NCBI GenBank assembly: GCA_944390885.1
Contig: CALXRP010000002.1
Span: forward strand, 44,936-108,935
Length of the DNA: 64,000 nucleotides
Reading direction: 5' to 3'
Source: an uncultured Alphaproteobacteria bacterium
Lineage (GTDB): Bacteria > Pseudomonadota > Alphaproteobacteria > RF32 > CAG-239
The number at the start of each line of letters is the position of its first letter. Position 1 is the first letter of the stretch. Positions 60,547-64,000 of the stretch are shown piece after piece. The notes below the pieces were generated by a model that was given only the letters and a program-made list of their open reading frames with translations, did not search any database and was not told the origin of the DNA. The position numbers and the translations under genes were made by a program.

Positions 60547-60588
60547 CAAAAGAAAAACGGAGACCTTGCGCTCCGTTTTTCTTTTGTT
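60545..60588. terminator. bidirectional terminator
   Basis: AACAAAAGAAAAACGGAG...CTCCGTTTTTCTTTTGTT. Confidence 0.85.
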
Positions 60589-60592
60589 TCTA

Positions 60593-63500
60593 TCAGACGG
60601 TATATCCGCCGCCGCGGGGATCCACACCTCTCATCGGCGAAGGAGGCTGATTAATATTCTGCGTTGTCAAAGGCTCCTTAACAACAGATTTAGCCGCAAC
60701 AGCTTCTTCTACACTTTTTCCTTGCCGGAGGGCTTCCAGTTTCTCTGCTCTGGAAAGCTCCTGCGGTTGAGATTCCGAAGCCTGTTCTCCATGAACTCTG
60801 GCTTGCAGTTCTTCGTTTAACTTATTAATATCCGGCTTTCCCGGCGTTTCAGACTGGTTTCCTGCCACCGGTTGTTCTGCAGTATGAACATCTTCCTGAG
60901 TATTAAAAACCTTTTCTGCTTCCTGCGTAACCAATTGAACATCCTGTTCCGCTCTAACCTGAGCATCAGCAAGCAAAACATCACCATACTGCTCGGCAGA
61001 CATATTCTTCTCCAGAAAAGCCAGCTCTCTGTCATTAAAATTTCCCATCTCCTGGCTGATTCTTTCAGTAACTGCGGCATGCAGTTCTCCACTGCCGACC
61101 AATCCGATATCTTCTGCATTATGGGTTTGAATTTCTCCTTTTTCATTCAAAGAAAATTCCACAACTTTTCCGCTGTGAGGATCTTCCACGCCATAAGACT
61201 TACCGGCCTCAACCTGTGCCTGCATCTGATCATTAAGTCCTGCAATATCCGGCTGTTCGGTCTCAAGTCCGGCAGTTGTTCCCGCCTCTAAAGGCTGAGA
61301 AACCAAATCCGGGCGTTCTTCCGGATGTTGTTGAGCAACCGGCTCTTGCGCCTGAACTTCGCGCTCTGGCGAAACTTGCGTAGAAACCTCTTGTTCAATG
61401 GCTGGTTCTTCCGGCGGATTCGCCCAACCTTCCCCACCATCCCGGTCCACATAATCGGAAATGCCGTCATTATCCCTGTCAACCATCTGCGGCGTTTGTT
61501 GTTCTGCCGGACGTTCAATATAGTCAGACACGCCGTTATTATTTTCATCAACCATTGTCGGTACTTCAGGAGAAACCTCCACTGCCGTTGTTGTATCAAC
61601 TGCTGTTGTTGCATCATACGCCGTTTGCCCGGCAATAACGGCCCAAGCCGTACCGGCTCCTGCCACACTGGCAGCCCCCATTGCTTTCCAAACACTGCCG
61701 CCGGCCCTTCTGACATCTCGGAAGGCCTTGATTGTTGAAGCGGCTCCCAGCGCAATACCCGATGTTGCCTTGGCATTAGTAAGAGATTTAACCAACTCCG
61801 GAGCCAAATCAGCCGACGCAATTCCGGCCGTTGCAACACCGAGGGCTGTCATCGCTGCACTTGCCAATGCCATCTTATTATTTTTTAGAAAAGACCAGAG
61901 TTTAAGCTTCTTACCCTTTTTGGCCATTTCTTCTTTCTGTTTTTTATATTCTTTACGCAGTTTCAAAGCCTGATTGGCCAAAGACGCTGTTGCCACAACG
62001 GCAATGCCTGCCGGTCCCATCGTTGCGCCGGCCACATAATATGCGCCTGACCAAGCCGCCGTTTTGGCCAAAGATTTCAACATGGCATACTGTTTCTTCG
62101 GAGCATTTTTTGCTATCCGGTCATCCAATGCTTTTCCTTTCTCTCGCAAAGCCTCAACCCCGGCATTCCGTTTTCCGACTTTGCTTTCCAAACGAGCGGC
62201 AAAACCCTCCCTGGCTTCGCTTTGCGCCGCCTGATAACCAAGCAGGCTCCCCTTGCTGATCTGAATCTTATGTCCCTTGGCATAATCCTCTATTGCTTTA
62301 GATCCGCCGGAAACCACATTTTCAATTCCGGCCAGCCTGCCGACTTCAGCCACAATATTCGCTGCAAATTCTTTATTAAATTCTTCCGGATTAACCGGTC
62401 CGGGTTTAGTTCCGGCCATATTTTCCATTGTCTGCAGACGAATACTCTCCAAAAGCTGCTGCTTTAACTCATCATTATCTTTGCTTTTGGCCTTGCCAGC
62501 CAGACTCAGACCGTCGGTAATTTCCAAATTATCAAACAACGCCATGGCATCGGCCATTTCCGGATATTTCGGTTTTGGATTCTTCTGAGCCTCTTCCCTG
62601 TTTTTATCCAAAATGCCTTTTGCCTTCTCATACATTTTGGCAGAAAACATCGCTTCCGGCATCCGGGATGCTTTTTCAAGCAGAAAATCCATACTGCTTA
62701 ACTCATCGGCAGAAACATCTTTACCAAGCTTCGACAACTTGGTTGCAATCGCCTTTTCCAAAGCCTCACTATCGGGACCTGTCGTTCCAAAAGCGTTTGA
62801 CGCCGACAAAGAAGCCAAAGTCTTCAGATCAACCTCTTTGCCCTGCCGCAACTCTGCCATAGTTTTCTCGGCATCCTCACGAGACATCGGCTGTACCGGT
62901 TCTTCTTGATATTCGGCTTTATCCAGCGCATCCTTGCCCATATCGCCCATGGCAGCAATATTTTCCGAAACCCTTTCTGCATCTTCACTGGTCATCATCC
63001 ACAAGCCGTGCTCTTTATCATAAGCCTCCGTAAATTCATTTAACTTGCCTTCGCAAGTTTCAGCCAATTCGGCAAGCCGAGGCTCATCAAAAGTTCCGTT
63101 GACTACTTTGCGGGAATCATAGAGTTTGCTCTCAACCTTGGTAAAAATTTCAAAAGCTCTTCCGGCACCCTCTCGACGATTAGACATCGGAATGGCATCA
63201 AGCAAGACCTGCGCCGCAGCCAAATCTTCTTTCTTGATAAAATCATTCTTGCCCATGGCGGCAATCGCATTCAAGCGACGACCGACAGCTTCATCCACCC
63301 GTTGCTTGTCAAACCCTTCCGGATTCTTATCCATTTCGACTTTCAACGCAGCCAGATCATGCAAACTGAGTTCATTCAAATCTTTGTCTTTATCTTTTGA
63401 AATATTCTGTGCCGTCACTGTATGCATTCCGGTAATCGGCTCTTCCTGATAAGGTTCTTTTTCCGGCAAACGCTCTTTGGCAGCCCGCAGCATGGCCTGC

Positions 63501-63943
63501 ATTCCGCCCGCCCATTCTATCGGTGTTTCAATCTCACCATTGGCATAGGCCTGCATTTTTTCTTCCATCGCCAATCGGACTTTTCCATATCCGAGAACAG
63601 CATCTTCATTTCCGTCAACAGCAGCGGCACGCAGAACATTATTCATCTCAGCCAATTCATTCGGGCTCAGATTATACAATTCTTTCCCGTCTGCCGCTTT
63701 AATCGCATCTTCAAGCTTCATCGGCTCTTTATTTTCAACATAAGCAGCCTCCTGTTCCGGCTCTTTAAATGAAGCGGCAAATTCTTGCCCTTCCCGGCTT
63801 TGAGGAGCATACACATCACTGAGAATGGCCTTTTGCTCTCCGTTAAGCGAATCCCAAGTTGCATCTTCCGGCAGTTTCTGCCCTGTTTCTTTCTCATAAA
63901 AATCCCGCTGTTCCTGGGTTAAAATATTAGATTCATCAGCCAT
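60593..63943 (-). CDS. large hypothetical protein (1116 aa) with Ala/Gly-rich hydrophobic core and Dx[DN]x[DN]G motifs
   Basis: Long ORF with a GGAG ribosome-binding site; no signal peptide; DENNNGVSD and DRDNDGISD motifs. Confidence 0.8.
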   Translation of the reverse strand: MADESNILTQEQRDFYEKETGQKLPEDATWDSLNGEQKAILSDVYAPQSREGQEFAASFKEPEQEAAYVENKEPMKLEDAIKAADGKELYNLSPNELAEMNNVLRAAAVDGNEDAVLGYGKVRLAMEEKMQAYANGEIETPIEWAGGMQAMLRAAKERLPEKEPYQEEPITGMHTVTAQNISKDKDKDLNELSLHDLAALKVEMDKNPEGFDKQRVDEAVGRRLNAIAAMGKNDFIKKEDLAAAQVLLDAIPMSNRREGAGRAFEIFTKVESKLYDSRKVVNGTFDEPRLAELAETCEGKLNEFTEAYDKEHGLWMMTSEDAERVSENIAAMGDMGKDALDKAEYQEEPVQPMSREDAEKTMAELRQGKEVDLKTLASLSASNAFGTTGPDSEALEKAIATKLSKLGKDVSADELSSMDFLLEKASRMPEAMFSAKMYEKAKGILDKNREEAQKNPKPKYPEMADAMALFDNLEITDGLSLAGKAKSKDNDELKQQLLESIRLQTMENMAGTKPGPVNPEEFNKEFAANIVAEVGRLAGIENVVSGGSKAIEDYAKGHKIQISKGSLLGYQAAQSEAREGFAARLESKVGKRNAGVEALREKGKALDDRIAKNAPKKQYAMLKSLAKTAAWSGAYYVAGATMGPAGIAVVATASLANQALKLRKEYKKQKEEMAKKGKKLKLWSFLKNNKMALASAAMTALGVATAGIASADLAPELVKSLTNAKATSGIALGAASTIKAFRDVRRAGGSVWKAMGAASVAGAGTAWAVIAGQTAYDATTAVDTTTAVEVSPEVPTMVDENNNGVSDYIERPAEQQTPQMVDRDNDGISDYVDRDGGEGWANPPEEPAIEQEVSTQVSPEREVQAQEPVAQQHPEERPDLVSQPLEAGTTAGLETEQPDIAGLNDQMQAQVEAGKSYGVEDPHSGKVVEFSLNEKGEIQTHNAEDIGLVGSGELHAAVTERISQEMGNFNDRELAFLEKNMSAEQYGDVLLADAQVRAEQDVQLVTQEAEKVFNTQEDVHTAEQPVAGNQSETPGKPDINKLNEELQARVHGEQASESQPQELSRAEKLEALRQGKSVEEAVAAKSVVKEPLTTQNINQPPSPMRGVDPRGGGYTV

Positions 63944-64000
63944 GGTTTCTACTCCGTGATAATCCGTTCAACATACTTTATTGTACCAAATTTATGCATT

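Overview
Chromosomal window from a bacterium that looks alphaproteobacterial (fliL-fliM-DUF6468-motE-TPR block, hflK-hflC-degP, holC, rnd, xseB-ispA). A host-associated Rhodospirillales-like lineage is my inference, not a tested assignment. Most of the window is housekeeping: aspS, serS, trpS, rnd, ispA, xseB, sdaA, uvrB, a DsbA-type protein, a DUF47/PiT phosphate transport pair, mrp, hflKC, degP, holC, galU, an AsmA-family protein, cdd-PNP-deoC-deoA and tRNA-Gln(CTG). The first ~3 kb ends in the 3' half of a tRNA-Thr(TGT), a probable att site closing an integrated, partly AT-rich element. A Tat-signal aldo/keto reductase and an ArsR-HMA-CadA metal cassette follow. The most unusual items are: (1) a ~560-bp noncoding mosaic array after trpS, with 123-bp and 27-29-bp units that each begin with GTCATCCCC, followed by two other structured elements; (2) an orphan HNH-like protein coupled to an SMI1/KNR4 (SUKH) gene, a candidate toxin-immunity pair; (3) a PilM-like/PilV-like type IV pilus adhesin pair; (4) a 50-Cys secreted repeat protein downstream of an uncalled 53-aa lipoprotein; (5) a membrane-anchored MEMO-AMMECR1 fusion with its signature residues replaced; (6) a 1116-aa orphan with Ca-binding-like motifs. 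All calls come from motif recognition by eye. No searches were run.
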